Below are positions 11,001-21,879 of a DNA stretch of 64,000 nucleotides, piece after piece. The stretch is from an uncultured Armatimonadetes bacterium (lineage in GTDB: Bacteria; Armatimonadota; Armatimonadia; Armatimonadales; Capsulimonadaceae): contig OY969427.1 in the NCBI GenBank assembly GCA_963699265.1, positions 3,784,006 to 3,848,005 of the forward strand, read 5' to 3'. Positions within the stretch are counted from its first letter, which is position 1, and each line of letters opens with the position of its first letter. The notes beneath the pieces were generated by a model. That model ran no database searches, had not been told where the DNA came from, and saw nothing but the letters and a program-made list of their open reading frames with translations. Position numbers and translations under genes: made by a program.

Positions 11001-13238
11001 TGCTGGATGTCTGGGGCGCTGGACAGCCAACGAAGCCACCAGCCTGCACGTCTGGGACAGTGATATTGGCACGCACAATATCAAGAATTACTATCCCAGC
11101 TTCTTCGCGGGCCACAGTGGCGACGACTTCATATGGGTCAACAAGAATGGCGATGGGGAAGTCCAAGCAGACGAAGTTCAATGGATTCACACCATTTTTC
11201 GCTTTGACAAATGGGCGCCGGGGCTCGAGCCGGAATGGACAAGTGGCTGGGGATTTGGATTCGGTCCGGATGGCGCGCTGTATATGCCGGGCTTTTGTGT
11301 TGACCGCAATATATTGACAAGAGTCGAGTTGCAATCGTGGCTGCCGAACGGCAATCCGAATTATGATGCTTCCTCAGCCAAGGAGATCATCCTGGAACCG
11401 AGCGAGCTTGGGATTCAGGGTGTCTTTGTGACCGATAACAATCGAATTTTGCTGACGAGGCCATATGAAGGCCCGAAGCCGGTTCGCACTGAAGACTGCT
11501 ACGACCACGACGGCAACCATCTATGGACCATCGCGGCACCGCAAGGTGCTCAGCAGGCTGACGATATTCTGGCTGACAATGTGATCGCCGACATTCATGA
11601 GCCGGGCAACGAGCATCTGTTGGCGACTTGGCTTTGGCACGCAAACTTCAAGCCATATGTGTTTACCGAGGATGGTCTCTATGTCAGCAGTCTCCTGGAC
11701 GATACGCGCTTGGGGCCAACCGCAACCTGGGACGAGTCCTATAAGGACTACTTCCAGGCGCCCGACGGCAGTGCGTACATTATGGACGGCGTTAACGACG
11801 CTTACCATATCGACAAGATCATTGGTTTAGACCAAATTCACCGCTTCAGCGGAGCCGCTCACGGTAACGTCTGCCGATCTAAAGATATCGCAAGCTGCGA
11901 TGACCGCAAGCGCCAACGTGCCGCCACCATTGCCCCAACCGATCATCCATATGAAGTGGCTCGACAAGGCACCCGTAATTGACGGGGACTTGTCTGACTG
12001 GAACATGGATAGTGGCGTCGCGGTACATGGCACGAAGGGGCGTTCGGCTAAGATCGCGGTTGCACATGATGCGCAAAACCTGTATCTTGCGTTCGACGTA
12101 ACCGGCGCGAAAATGGTCAACAAGGGCGGAAACTGGCAGACGCTGTTCATTACCGGCGACTGTGACGACTTCATGTTCCACGCCAGTGCATATGCCGCTC
12201 ACTTTTCGCCAGCTGAAGGGGACGAGCGGTTGCTCCTCAGCGTGTTCCAGGGGCAACCAATCGCAGTGCTGTACAAGCCAGTGGTGTCCGGGACGACCGC
12301 GCCGACGAGGCTAATGGGCGCGACCATCGATCAGATTGTCAAGCTTCCGTCCGCCAAAATCGGCATTCAACGATCTGCTGACGGGTATACGCTCGAAGCA
12401 TCGGTTCCGCTGTCGGACCTTGGTATCGACCCTGCTCAAGGGACTATCGAACGGGGCGATGTTGGCGTCGTTTATGCTGACGAGACTGGGGCAAACCGAT
12501 CTTTGCGCCTCTATTACTACAACCACGACACGTCGATGACTGCGGACCTAACCACCGAAGCCACTCTCCAACCGGGAAACTGGGGCGAAATCGAAATGCC
12601 ACTCGGCCAAAACCCGATCAAGAACGGCGATTTTGAGGAGCCCTTGGCGACGAAAGTGGATCAAGGTTGGTTTGTCTCTGATTCCAAAAACGGCGGGAGT
12701 GCAGACATTAACGGCGACGTGTCTTACAGCGGCAACCACTCGCTTCGCTTGCGGGTAACTACGCCGGTTGACTACACGCCAGACTCCTTCAAGCTACCGG
12801 ACTACGACGCGTTTGTTCGGTCTGGGAACGGTGGCAAAGGCGGCGGGTTCGTGGAAGTCCGTCAGAACTTCCCTGTCGTCGGCGGTATGAAGTACAACCT
12901 GCGGTTCCACTTACATACGGAAGGCTTCCCTGGCGGAGAAAACAAGGATCCCGGTCCGAACCGTGGATATGTGGCCCTCGAAACGTGGATGGAGTGGATT
13001 GGTGCCGACGGCCGTGCCAACGGTCGGGAGTGGATCACGAACTGGCAGGATTCCGAATATCGCTTGGAATACAGTGTTCGACGGTCGCTTCAATGTCGGC
13101 GGCGTCACTGTGCCGTACACGGCTCCCCAAGGTGCCACGTCGGCTACGCTGGAGATTAGCCTCGTCGATAACCATGCCAATTCGACGCCTACAGCATACG
13201 TCGATGATGTGGAGTTTTCGCTCGCGCCGCAACAGTAA
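8082..13238 (+). pseudogene. giant secreted CBM9-like/FlgD-Ig/NHL-propeller/CBM4_9 protein, copy 1, interrupted by three +1 frameshifts (or assembly indels)
   Basis: Track ORFs 8082..10424, 10252..11982, 11900..13159 and 12963..13238 tile, in order, the full length of the paralog at 35821..40987. The junctions fall at about 10257, 11860 and 13055. It has a signal peptide (ALALSPTSVAHAGG). After removing 3 nt it would encode about 1,717 aa. Confidence 0.75.
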
Positions 13239-13463
13239 AGTACGGACAAGAATATTCGGTCAAGGTATCGGCTGCCATTTAGCCGATCTCTTGACAGAAT
13301 ACTTTCGCGACGATCTATTTATAATCAGACTGCGATTGCGATGGTCCGTTGAGGTGTCCCCGCCGCCGCAGTGACATTCCAGTTAATAAGCTTCTCGGAA
13401 TCTGCCCGTTTCAAGACAAGCTTGTTGACGCCGAGCGTGCCCTCAACCATACTTATCGAAAGC

Positions 13464-15941
13464 TCATTCTGAGATAGGGTGATCGTTCCAAAGCCTGTTG
13501 CGGTTGCAGAAGAACGACGTAAACGGCGAAGTGTCGAGACGCGGGCCAAACCAAAGCGTTTTGTCAACGGCGGAGTAGCGGAATCCCGAAAGCGAGGCGA
13601 GCAGCGAATAGCTGGCCATGGCGCGCGCGTAGTACGATCCGCACTCATATTCGTCGTAAGGGTTTCGGACATGGCCGTCGTAGCGGCTTCGGGCAGCAGC
13701 GACTATCGTCAGGCCTTCCTTCACGCGTCCCATTTCGATCAAGTGCGATGCAACCTGGTACTCGATTCCTGTCCAAACTTCATCACTATAGACAAACGGC
13801 AGCGACGGCTTGCCGCCCTTCGGCCAGGTGCAAAGGACAAGTCCGGCTTCTCGCCCGGTCGCGTAGCCAGGCCGCTGCGTGCAGGCATGCTCGCTCAGGT
13901 CGCTCTTGAAATTGTACCGATAGATCGAATCTAGAGTTGATCCGACTTTGGCCAGGTCGAGCGGAGTTTCGATGCCATAGATCGTTGACATCCAGTGGCC
14001 AATAATGCCGTCCGATAGGCAGCCTGCGCCGTACTGATATTTTGGCCCTTCGACGCGATAAAGCTCGCGAGTCTCCTCGCTAAGGTCGGCGGTATCCAGG
14101 TTTTTTTCGAACCATTGATCGCGCAGGCCTCTCCACTGAACGTTCTGCTGGTAGTATTCGCCGTTGAAGAGATCCTCGTCGGTATATGCTGCCGCCGCTT
14201 GAGCATGTTTTTTGTACGTCGCTTCATCTTCAGGGATTCCCAGCGCGGCGGCCATTGCGGACAGGGCCGAAAGCGCGCCGACATAAACACTTCCGCACAT
14301 TCCGTCCGGCCCCCAGAATTCGATGTCGTACGTGTTATGGTGCGGCTCAAATAGACCGCCTTTGCGCTCAGGGTCCCAGCGGTCGATGCAAAAGTCCAGG
14401 CTTCGCTTCGCAAGAGGATACATCCTCGCAAGCCAAGCCGAGTCGCCGCTGATCTGCCATTCGCGGTAGATCTTCATGACTCCGCCAAGCTGACCATCAG
14501 CCGCTGGATGGTAGTCATGGGAGGTGGGGCCATCGGGAAGCGCAGACCGGAAATTGACATGCCCGATGTCGTTCATCGAGCGCTCCATCTCCTGTTCGCG
14601 AAGCGTCCGTTCGAGCTTTGGGAACAGGTGCGGCATCGCCTGAGCATAGTTCCATACGTGCGTGCACGATCCGTGGCAGCAACCGGACGAGGTGAAGCAA
14701 CCCTCCCACGCCCAAACATTGCCGTTTTCCTGCCGCAAAACTGTCGGTGACTTAAGAATGGCAAGATTGCTGGCAATGGCGTCGAGCGCAACCGACGGCA
14801 GAGTCGAAGAGTACAAAGCATCCTTGAACGCGAGCGTCCTAGCGCGAAGCGATTCATATTCGGCGGCAACGTGGTTTGCGACAGCGGTGGAATCTTTCCA
14901 AACACCCGCATAGAACGGTCGCCAGCGTGGACCGACCTGAACCGTGTCGCAGTCGCAGTCCGTACCGCAAGCGCTTTGGTCAAGACCAACTACCTGGTTG
15001 GAGTTCGGGAAATGCCAGGTAACAGCGAACGGGATCGTAACACTTTCGCCCGGTGCAATTGTCACAGGCACAAGGAGCGATCCTCCGACACGGCTGCCAT
15101 CATCTTCCTTGTCGCCAGTGCCACTGATCTCCCGGAACTTGCCGGCCGATATTTCGTTCCAGATCATGGCGATTGCGTCGAACCATCCGCCACGGAACCA
15201 ACTGCCCTTCACTTTGGCATCGTGAGCGAGGGACGTAATCGTTGCCGAGCCGAACGATTCGTCGAATCGACCCTCCGTATTCGTAAATACGACGCCTCGG
15301 TCAATGGCCTTCGACCTTGCACCTTTCCAACCCTGCGCACCTACAGCGAGGTGGGATGCGTGAAAGGATAGTTCGATCTCTACTGTTTCCTCGGAATGGT
15401 TTTCGATCTCGTATTCCAAAATGGCGGCAGGGATGCCCGAACTTACGTCGTCGCCTGGGATGAACGGATTCCAGCCTGTCACCGTTGCCGAAATTGGAAG
15501 CTTGTCGTCGCGAAGACGAACGCATCCGAAGGGATATTCGCCCTGAAATTCGCACTCAGCAAAGCGTGGCAGGCCTTCGTGGCCGCCCTTTCGGTAGCCT
15601 TGAGCCTGTAGACCCTGGTCGTAAAGCTTCTCCACAGGGATTGGCCCTTCGACAAGTCGAGTCACAGGTTCAGCGCCCTTGACGTGGACTATGGCGAAAA
15701 CACCATCGGTGACTCCATGGCCATCCGGCAGGGCCGTCGTATTCGGCTTCTGGCGAAGTGCAAAATTTTGTAGTGCTCCGTTACCTGACAAACAGATGCT
15801 TCCGGCGCCAATGCCGCCCATCGGCATGGAAACTTGAAGCAGGCGGTTGCCGCTGTATTTCGGGGATCGACGGTGGTCGGTCAGTGCAGGCGAATTGGAG
15901 TAGTTTTCAGACGTCGTTAGTTGAATAGTAGTTGGAATCAT
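13464..15941 (-). CDS. GH116-type glycoside hydrolase (GBA2-like beta-glucosidase family); the reading frame probably continues to 13325 after a +1 shift near 13510
   Basis: The N-terminal motif MPMGGIGAGSICLSGNGALQNFALRQKPN is typical of the GH116 N-domain. It is followed by a large (alpha/alpha)6-like C-terminal part. The overlapping ORF 13325..13672 carries a plausible terminal beta-sandwich (TGFGTITLSQNELSISMVEGTLGVNKLVL). Confidence 0.8.
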   Translation of the reverse strand: MIPTTIQLTTSENYSNSPALTDHRRSPKYSGNRLLQVSMPMGGIGAGSICLSGNGALQNFALRQKPNTTALPDGHGVTDGVFAIVHVKGAEPVTRLVEGPIPVEKLYDQGLQAQGYRKGGHEGLPRFAECEFQGEYPFGCVRLRDDKLPISATVTGWNPFIPGDDVSSGIPAAILEYEIENHSEETVEIELSFHASHLAVGAQGWKGARSKAIDRGVVFTNTEGRFDESFGSATITSLAHDAKVKGSWFRGGWFDAIAMIWNEISAGKFREISGTGDKEDDGSRVGGSLLVPVTIAPGESVTIPFAVTWHFPNSNQVVGLDQSACGTDCDCDTVQVGPRWRPFYAGVWKDSTAVANHVAAEYESLRARTLAFKDALYSSTLPSVALDAIASNLAILKSPTVLRQENGNVWAWEGCFTSSGCCHGSCTHVWNYAQAMPHLFPKLERTLREQEMERSMNDIGHVNFRSALPDGPTSHDYHPAADGQLGGVMKIYREWQISGDSAWLARMYPLAKRSLDFCIDRWDPERKGGLFEPHHNTYDIEFWGPDGMCGSVYVGALSALSAMAAALGIPEDEATYKKHAQAAAAYTDEDLFNGEYYQQNVQWRGLRDQWFEKNLDTADLSEETRELYRVEGPKYQYGAGCLSDGIIGHWMSTIYGIETPLDLAKVGSTLDSIYRYNFKSDLSEHACTQRPGYATGREAGLVLCTWPKGGKPSLPFVYSDEVWTGIEYQVASHLIEMGRVKEGLTIVAAARSRYDGHVRNPYDEYECGSYYARAMASYSLLASLSGFRYSAVDKTLWFGPRLDTSPFTSFFCNRNRLWNDHPISE

Positions 15942-15951
15942 CTTTGTTAAT

Positions 15952-18118
15952 TTACGCTTGAGGAACTAAGGGCAAATCATAAAGTCGAAGCGGCATGCCG
16001 CGGGTTAGGTCGGCCATGATTAACGGCCGCTGCATTGCGGTCGCGTGCATATCCAAAAGGGCCGTGTCTGCTTCCGCGCCAACGAAATATCGGAACGTAA
16101 ATGTATGGTCTCCTTGATCGCTAAACACGCGCCGCTGGATGGAATTGATCACAGGCTCGTGATGGGCCATGACTGCACTGCGCAAAAGCGTAAAGCGTAG
16201 CCTGCTCGGTGTAGCGTCGGCGGCGTAAACGTCAGGCGCGACAATGCCTAATCGCCAGGCGGCAGCAGTATCGCCCTCCGTTTGGACTTCAATGAGCATG
16301 CCGTCGCGCAACGGCAATTCGCGCCCGTCAAAGAGCCGCTCGATCCAGCCACCAAGCACGCCGTCCGTTCGGCGCACAGCTTTACCGCGCAACGGTTGGA
16401 CAAGCTTTAGGAGCTTATGCTGCTCTCGCCAGTCCACCTTAAGCTTCAGTTCAGCAAATCCATTGGAGTAGACGCGCCACTCAGCGGAAAGTTTGCTTTG
16501 TCCGATTGTGCCCAATCGAATCCAAGATGCCATGAGTGGGCCAGTGTCAAAGACTTTTGGCTTGTCCCACTGCGCTTTCGCAACATGCTCTTCAGGGTAG
16601 CGATCCAGTCCGTGCGACCACGTATCAGATTCGTCCGCGTAAAGATCGAGGTCAGGAAGAGGGAGGGTCAAACCACTCGTGAGCGTTAGTTCCGAATCTG
16701 ATACCAATATGCCTGAATCAGTCGATAGAAGCTCCGCTGTGCCGTGCGCAGCCGGCAAATTTTTAATGGTCAACGCCTGTATTGATCCGCAAAACGCGCA
16801 TGGTTTGTGGTGCGATATCTAGCTCAGTTAGGATATTTGGCATGTCGCCATATTGCGTTTCAGCGGCAAGCAGCTGTACCGGCATCGGATTGCCGGTTTC
16901 GTCGATCAGGGACCAAGTCGGTAGCCACTGTTTCCAGTCGATCCACGGTGTGAACTCAATCGGCCCGTTGTACTCGCGGTCGGAAGCGTTGTACAGAACA
17001 ATCCGCTGAAGAGGATCGTCGGGAAGCAGGTTTATCTTTCGGCGCAGGCCTTCTTGCAGGAGGTTGTCCGCGACGTTTTGCGCGTAGCCAAGTTGCGCAA
17101 GCGGCATCTCGTATGCGCTTGGCAAGCAAGAGCCCCCGAGCGTATCATGGAAGTGATTGAAGCAGATGCGCTTCCAGGCTTCCTCAAGCTGGGTAGGGGT
17201 ATCGGGCGGGCAGACACTCGGATCGGACTGGTAAAACAGCTCTGCTTGACGGACAAGATGCTCCGCTTTTCGAACGGCAGTCTTTATGGGGCGGTAGACC
17301 GAATAGCAGCCGATCGCATGCTGCTGAAGCTCGCCGGTAACTAGAGGAAGCGAATCGCGCTTGGACCAGATGGTATCAAAATACCGCGATGGGGACGAAA
17401 AGACGATGTCCACGCCCTCGAACGCGTTCTGATGTTCGCGCAGCCATTGGATCTGCCGCTCGGTTGGGCCACCGCCATGGTCGCCGAAGCCAAAAAACAG
17501 CATGGCGTCGTCAATGCCCGGCGGGAGCTCCGAGTAGGCGTCTCGCACCTTGGACTCCTTGAGGTCGGTGCCCAGGTTGTACTCCTTGACAATCCGGTAA
17601 GTCACGACCTCCGGCGCGCCCTCTTGAGCGCGCCAGCGGAAGACGTTCGCTGGAAGCGCGCATTCGATCTGCTGCGGGCGCATCATGATGTAGCGATCCT
17701 GCCCCGCCGCGTGCATCAGACTGGATAGAAACGCGCTATGGCCGAAGCTATCAACATTGTATGCGATACGCGGGAACTGCCTCAGTGAGCGTTCGAAGTA
17801 GCGTTTCCCAATCTCAATCTGCTTTTCTATACCGAAATCGCTTGGCTGGTTGCAGTCGGGCTGAATCCACCATCCGCCGACCACCTCCCAGCGGCCCACC
17901 TCGATGTGCGCCCGCATGCGTGCGAAAAGCTGTGGATCGATGCGCTCGATTTCGTCGTAGACCCACGCCTCGCCGCGCGTGAACGTGAGATCGGGGTGCG
18001 CATCAAGCCGGTCGCAGGCGCTCCTGCAGGTTGCCAGCACTTCGTCCAATCCGCTCTGCCACGGCCAGAGCCAGATTGGATCGATGTGAGAATTGAAAAT
18101 GATATGGACGGTTTTCAT
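15952..18118 (-). pseudogene. GH38 alpha-mannosidase-like, copy 1, split by a +1 frameshift near 16774 (or assembly indel)
   Basis: ORF 16763..18118 (HIDPIWLWPW, GDHGGGPT motifs) plus ORF 15952..16773 together align end to end with the single 722-aa ORF at 41000..43168. Confidence 0.75.
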
Positions 18119-18240
18119 GAAAACGCGCTAGACACTTTCGGGGTGGTCATACGATGGAATTTCCGGACACGGAGCGGTGCGGAGGGCCCCCTACCAGTGG
18201 GCGCCACTTGGAGCGTGCTCCTATAGCGAGAGATGCCTTG

Positions 18241-19182
18241 CTACCGCGCTTTCAGCGTTCTCGCCAAAAACTCCTTAGTGATCTCGATATTTTCAGGTGA
18301 GGCAAAGTGATCCAATCCACCATGGCTTACACCCGGCAGAATTTTCAGTGTCACGTCGTCGCCGTCTGCCTTGAGCTTGTCGCATAGCTCCTGACTTTGC
18401 GACAGCGGAACGAGCGTGTCCTGGTCGCCGTGCATGATCAGCATTGGCGGTTCGCCGCTCTTGACATAAGTCATCGGGCTTGCGTCAATGATATCCTGAC
18501 GATGATTTTCAAGCGGAGCGCCAAACACCGCCTCGCCGAGCTGACGCATCTGCGGACTGATCGCGCCTTCAAATACTCCTCTAAAGTCAGTAGGCCCCTC
18601 CATATCCACAACACATTGAACTGCGCTAGATTGTCCGGCCCAGCCGCCGGTTCCTTCAAACTTTGCAACGTTGGGTGTCATGCCGAGCAGCAACGCCAGA
18701 TGAGCGCCTGCGGAAAGGCCGATCACACCAATGTGCCTGGGATCAATATTTAGCTCCGACGCATGCGCTCGCAGGTATCGGACGGCGCATTTGCAGTCCT
18801 CAATTTGGGCCGGGAATTTGTCCGCAGGCGCAAGCCGATAATCGATTGAACAACCGACATACCCTTGAGCCTGAAGAAATGCGAGCGCTGCGTCCATGTC
18901 GGCGCGGCTGCCGTACGTCCAACCACCGCCGTGAATGCAGATAACCGCAGGCGCCGGTGACGCGGATGCGGCACAGGTCACGAGGTTCATGTGCTCCGGA
19001 GTGCCTTGCTGAGTGTAGATGATGTCGCGAGGCGTGGTAGACACAGTCGTTGACGGGGTTTGATCGGCGGTCGCGGCCGCACTCAAGATTCCGACACGCA
19101 TTGTGTAGGTTAATGAAACACAGATCACCGCAATGGTGGCAAGTACTGCCAATTTATTATTTTGTTGTGACAATGAACGCAC
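18241..19182 (-). CDS. secreted/anchored alpha/beta-hydrolase esterase (Abhydrolase_3 / HSL-like)
   Basis: HGGGW oxyanion motif (IHGGGWTYG), nucleophile elbow GLSAGAH, N-terminal hydrophobic anchor. It is the first gene of a reverse-strand string: esterase, GH38, GH116. Confidence 0.8.
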   Translation of the reverse strand: MRSLSQQNNKLAVLATIAVICVSLTYTMRVGILSAAATADQTPSTTVSTTPRDIIYTQQGTPEHMNLVTCAASASPAPAVICIHGGGWTYGSRADMDAALAFLQAQGYVGCSIDYRLAPADKFPAQIEDCKCAVRYLRAHASELNIDPRHIGVIGLSAGAHLALLLGMTPNVAKFEGTGGWAGQSSAVQCVVDMEGPTDFRGVFEGAISPQMRQLGEAVFGAPLENHRQDIIDASPMTYVKSGEPPMLIMHGDQDTLVPLSQSQELCDKLKADGDDVTLKILPGVSHGGLDHFASPENIEITKEFLARTLKAR

Positions 19183-19210
19183 CTCACAGGATACCGAAAA
19201 GATGAGCAGG

Positions 19211-19247
19211 TTGACAACGCCAGCCGATTGTTGTATTATCTGTGCAA
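19211..19247 (+). promoter_or_regulatory. near-consensus sigma70 promoter plus TGTGCAA box
   Basis: TTGACA (19211-19216), 17-nt spacer, TATTAT (19234-19239), then TGTGCAA at 19241-19247. Confidence 0.6.
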
Positions 19248-19319
19248 CAGTGTATCACAGAGAAGCCATTTTTCGATGACTGTGTGAAAAATGTAAAGGT
19301 GGCCGAAGGGGTAAGAAAT

Positions 19320-21800
19320 ATGTTAACGACTGAGGCCATCGATTGGGAATGTGCCCTGCCGCGAGTCAAGAACGGGCTGGGAGTTCCTTATCTGACTTAT
19401 GGATCGGGGCGGGTAGGTGTCTCTGTAACACGCTGGGGAGGACTTCACCAGATCGCTTACTATGGAATCGCACCCGAGTCGGCAGCGCCGATATTCTTTG
19501 AAGCGGACGCTGCGTCCTCATACGCAAGGCTTTTTCGCTTTCAAATCCAGATCGATGACCGTCCCTATAATTTGGAGCTTCATGATACGTGCCATTTCCC
19601 GTTCGGCTATTCCTCCTTCTTTTCCGTACCTGAGCTCGGAGTGGATGTCTGCCACCGACTTACGCTTCTGAATGACGCTGTCCTATTTAGCCTGAACGTT
19701 CTCCAGAATCGCAACTATCTGCCCATCCGATTGCACTTCGAACATCACGGAAACACCCGAAAGTCGTCGCGGGGAAATGTAGTCCGTACCTGGTCTGAGT
19801 GGTCGGCGAACGAAGATTTGAATGCGCTGACCACGTTCGCGCGCGACAGGTGGAAAGACGACGCGTGGCAAGCGGAAATCAAGCAGCTTGAGACTATCCC
19901 CGGTCAGGTTGGTCTACCGCTGGCGACTGTCGGCATCCAGGAGGGCGAGACGTCGATCGCACTTTTCGGCGACGGCAAGCTGCTCATCGACGAGCGCGTA
20001 GATCGTTACAACTTGTACAGCGATTCCTTTACCGAAGGATGCCACGCGGCCGCGTTGCTGTTCGCATCGAACCGGCAGAATTTGGCGGACAGGATTGCAA
20101 CGCTTCGGCCCAGTCTTACTAAACTAGGACGAGAAAAGGAAGAGCGGCACGAAGAGCGGACAGGCGACATGCCGCGGCTGTGTACGTCAAGCCCGCTTCT
20201 GAATTCCTATTTCACAAACGCGCCAGGCATCTCAGAAACCCTAATGGTCGAAGATAAGCCCGGCGCGATGCGGGCTGCGTCGATGCACTACTGGGTTTGG
20301 GGATGGGACACCGTGATGTGTTCCGAAGCGTACTTGGTTTCCGGCCACAGCAAATTTGTACGCGACGCGCTTCGGTTCTATCGGGATACGGCAGATGCTA
20401 GACGCGGTATCGCGCATCAGTTCTCACGTGATCTGCATTTGCGGATTCCTCAGGCGCCATCGGCACAATGTCTGTATATCATCATGCTCTATGGATATCT
20501 CGCTTACGTTGACGATTCGTCGTTCGTACGCGAGGTCTATCCGTTCGCTCGCAAGGTATTTGATACCGCATGTGAAACTGTCAATGCGATCGGACTCGGA
20601 ACAGGCCCGGCGCTCTGGCCGGATTTTCCAGTCTACGCTGGCCACACTGGCAACGACTGCAGCGTTTTCAACAACTCAATCCTTTACCAGGCTGCACGCG
20701 CGATGGAAGTGCTGGCCCATCACGCCACAGATACCAAGACTGCGGAACGCGCGCGACTTGTGAGCCGCAACCTCGAAGAGAAATTCATCCCCACGTTTTG
20801 GGACGAAGAAAAGCGCTACTTCGTAGACTCTGTAGACTCGGTTACGCTCGAACACCGCAAGTGCTATCCGTCCCACGCGATCCTGTGGCAAACGCCGTTT
20901 TCGTACGATCTTGCCAGCGAAAATTTGCAGGATTGCGCGACATTTATTCGGGACAACCATGCGACCCCACGCGGATTTCTGCCATATCCACGCTGGGACT
21001 CGGCGTTCAACGGAGATCGCAACCAGCTTGGTCAGACATGGCCGATTACAGACGTGTTCGACACGATGTGCATGGCGTACGCTGGTGAGCAGCGGGTTTT
21101 GACCGAGTGGATAGACGAGATCGAGTGGTTTTGGAGACAGCTTACGGTTCCAGAAGCCTATTCGGTTCAGACAGTGAACGACAGCGGAACTCCTGACGCG
21201 CCTGGCGGCAAGCAGCCGTTCTCCGCAAAAAGCTGGTACATGGCGATCATTCAAAGCCTGGCAGGAGTCGCAATCGATCTTGGTGGGATCACGCTTGGCC
21301 CTGGCCTGGAGCGGAAGATCGGAATCACGGGCTATCATTATCGTGGAAAAACATTGAAGTTTTCATGCGAAGGGAGCGGGCAATTTCCAGACATGCTTAC
21401 GGTAAATGGCGTTCCGGTTTACGGCACCTGCAAAGTGCCTCGCTCGCTTCTGAGCAGGGATGGGGAAACGACGATTGTCTATAAACGAACCGCAAACCTG
21501 CCGGCCCATCCCGTCATACTCACTTTGCATGGAGCATCAATCGAAAGATATCCGGAGTCAACCAAAGACTACTTGCGCTGTGATTTAACGGGATCGAGCG
21601 ATGTCTGGATGCACTTTGCGTCGCCATCTCAGCCGAAAATAATTGTGGACGGACAAAATGTCCGCTGCCACTACGACGCATCGTCAAAACGTGGCAAGGC
21701 GCTGTTGCCCCTTCGCGCCGGCAAAGCGACCATGCTCGAAATCTCAATTGCGACGTCGATCAGTCCCTTGGCTAATAAGCAAGCTGCCCTCGTCCGGTAA
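19320..21800 (+). CDS. large glycoside-hydrolase-like protein, family not recognised (possibly (alpha/alpha)6 type)
   Basis: Track ORF 19242..21800. I prefer the ATG at 19320, downstream of the promoter. Central motifs MHYWVWGWDTVMCSEAYL and WPDFPVYAGHTGNDCSVFNNSILYQAARAM are reminiscent of six-hairpin glycosidases. This is unverified. Confidence 0.6.
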   Translation: MLTTEAIDWECALPRVKNGLGVPYLTYGSGRVGVSVTRWGGLHQIAYYGIAPESAAPIFFEADAASSYARLFRFQIQIDDRPYNLELHDTCHFPFGYSSFFSVPELGVDVCHRLTLLNDAVLFSLNVLQNRNYLPIRLHFEHHGNTRKSSRGNVVRTWSEWSANEDLNALTTFARDRWKDDAWQAEIKQLETIPGQVGLPLATVGIQEGETSIALFGDGKLLIDERVDRYNLYSDSFTEGCHAAALLFASNRQNLADRIATLRPSLTKLGREKEERHEERTGDMPRLCTSSPLLNSYFTNAPGISETLMVEDKPGAMRAASMHYWVWGWDTVMCSEAYLVSGHSKFVRDALRFYRDTADARRGIAHQFSRDLHLRIPQAPSAQCLYIIMLYGYLAYVDDSSFVREVYPFARKVFDTACETVNAIGLGTGPALWPDFPVYAGHTGNDCSVFNNSILYQAARAMEVLAHHATDTKTAERARLVSRNLEEKFIPTFWDEEKRYFVDSVDSVTLEHRKCYPSHAILWQTPFSYDLASENLQDCATFIRDNHATPRGFLPYPRWDSAFNGDRNQLGQTWPITDVFDTMCMAYAGEQRVLTEWIDEIEWFWRQLTVPEAYSVQTVNDSGTPDAPGGKQPFSAKSWYMAIIQSLAGVAIDLGGITLGPGLERKIGITGYHYRGKTLKFSCEGSGQFPDMLTVNGVPVYGTCKVPRSLLSRDGETTIVYKRTANLPAHPVILTLHGASIERYPESTKDYLRCDLTGSSDVWMHFASPSQPKIIVDGQNVRCHYDASSKRGKALLPLRAGKATMLEISIATSISPLANKQAALVR

Positions 21801-21879
21801 ACCGCGCCAAGTCGTTGAAAGGCCGTCCTTTAAGTTGACACGACCAAACCATCAGGGCACCATCCGGCGCGGACAATCC

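Noticed and set aside
9285-11334. Reverse-strand ORFs 9285..10139 and 10513..11334. Similar antisense ORFs occur at 20676..21338, 24996..25637, 27994..28773, 36385..36912 and 42191..42718.
   Set aside because: All lie antisense within long genes that have clear homolog or paralog support. None has recognisable motifs.
21643-21879. Possible ninth +1 frameshift fusing 19320..21800 with 21880..24048 (the phases are 0 then 1)
   Set aside because: The upstream part of the second frame is Arg/Ser/Pro-rich junk. The first protein has a plausible self-contained C-terminal domain and stop. The ATG at 21880 gives a sensible start, so I treat them as separate genes.
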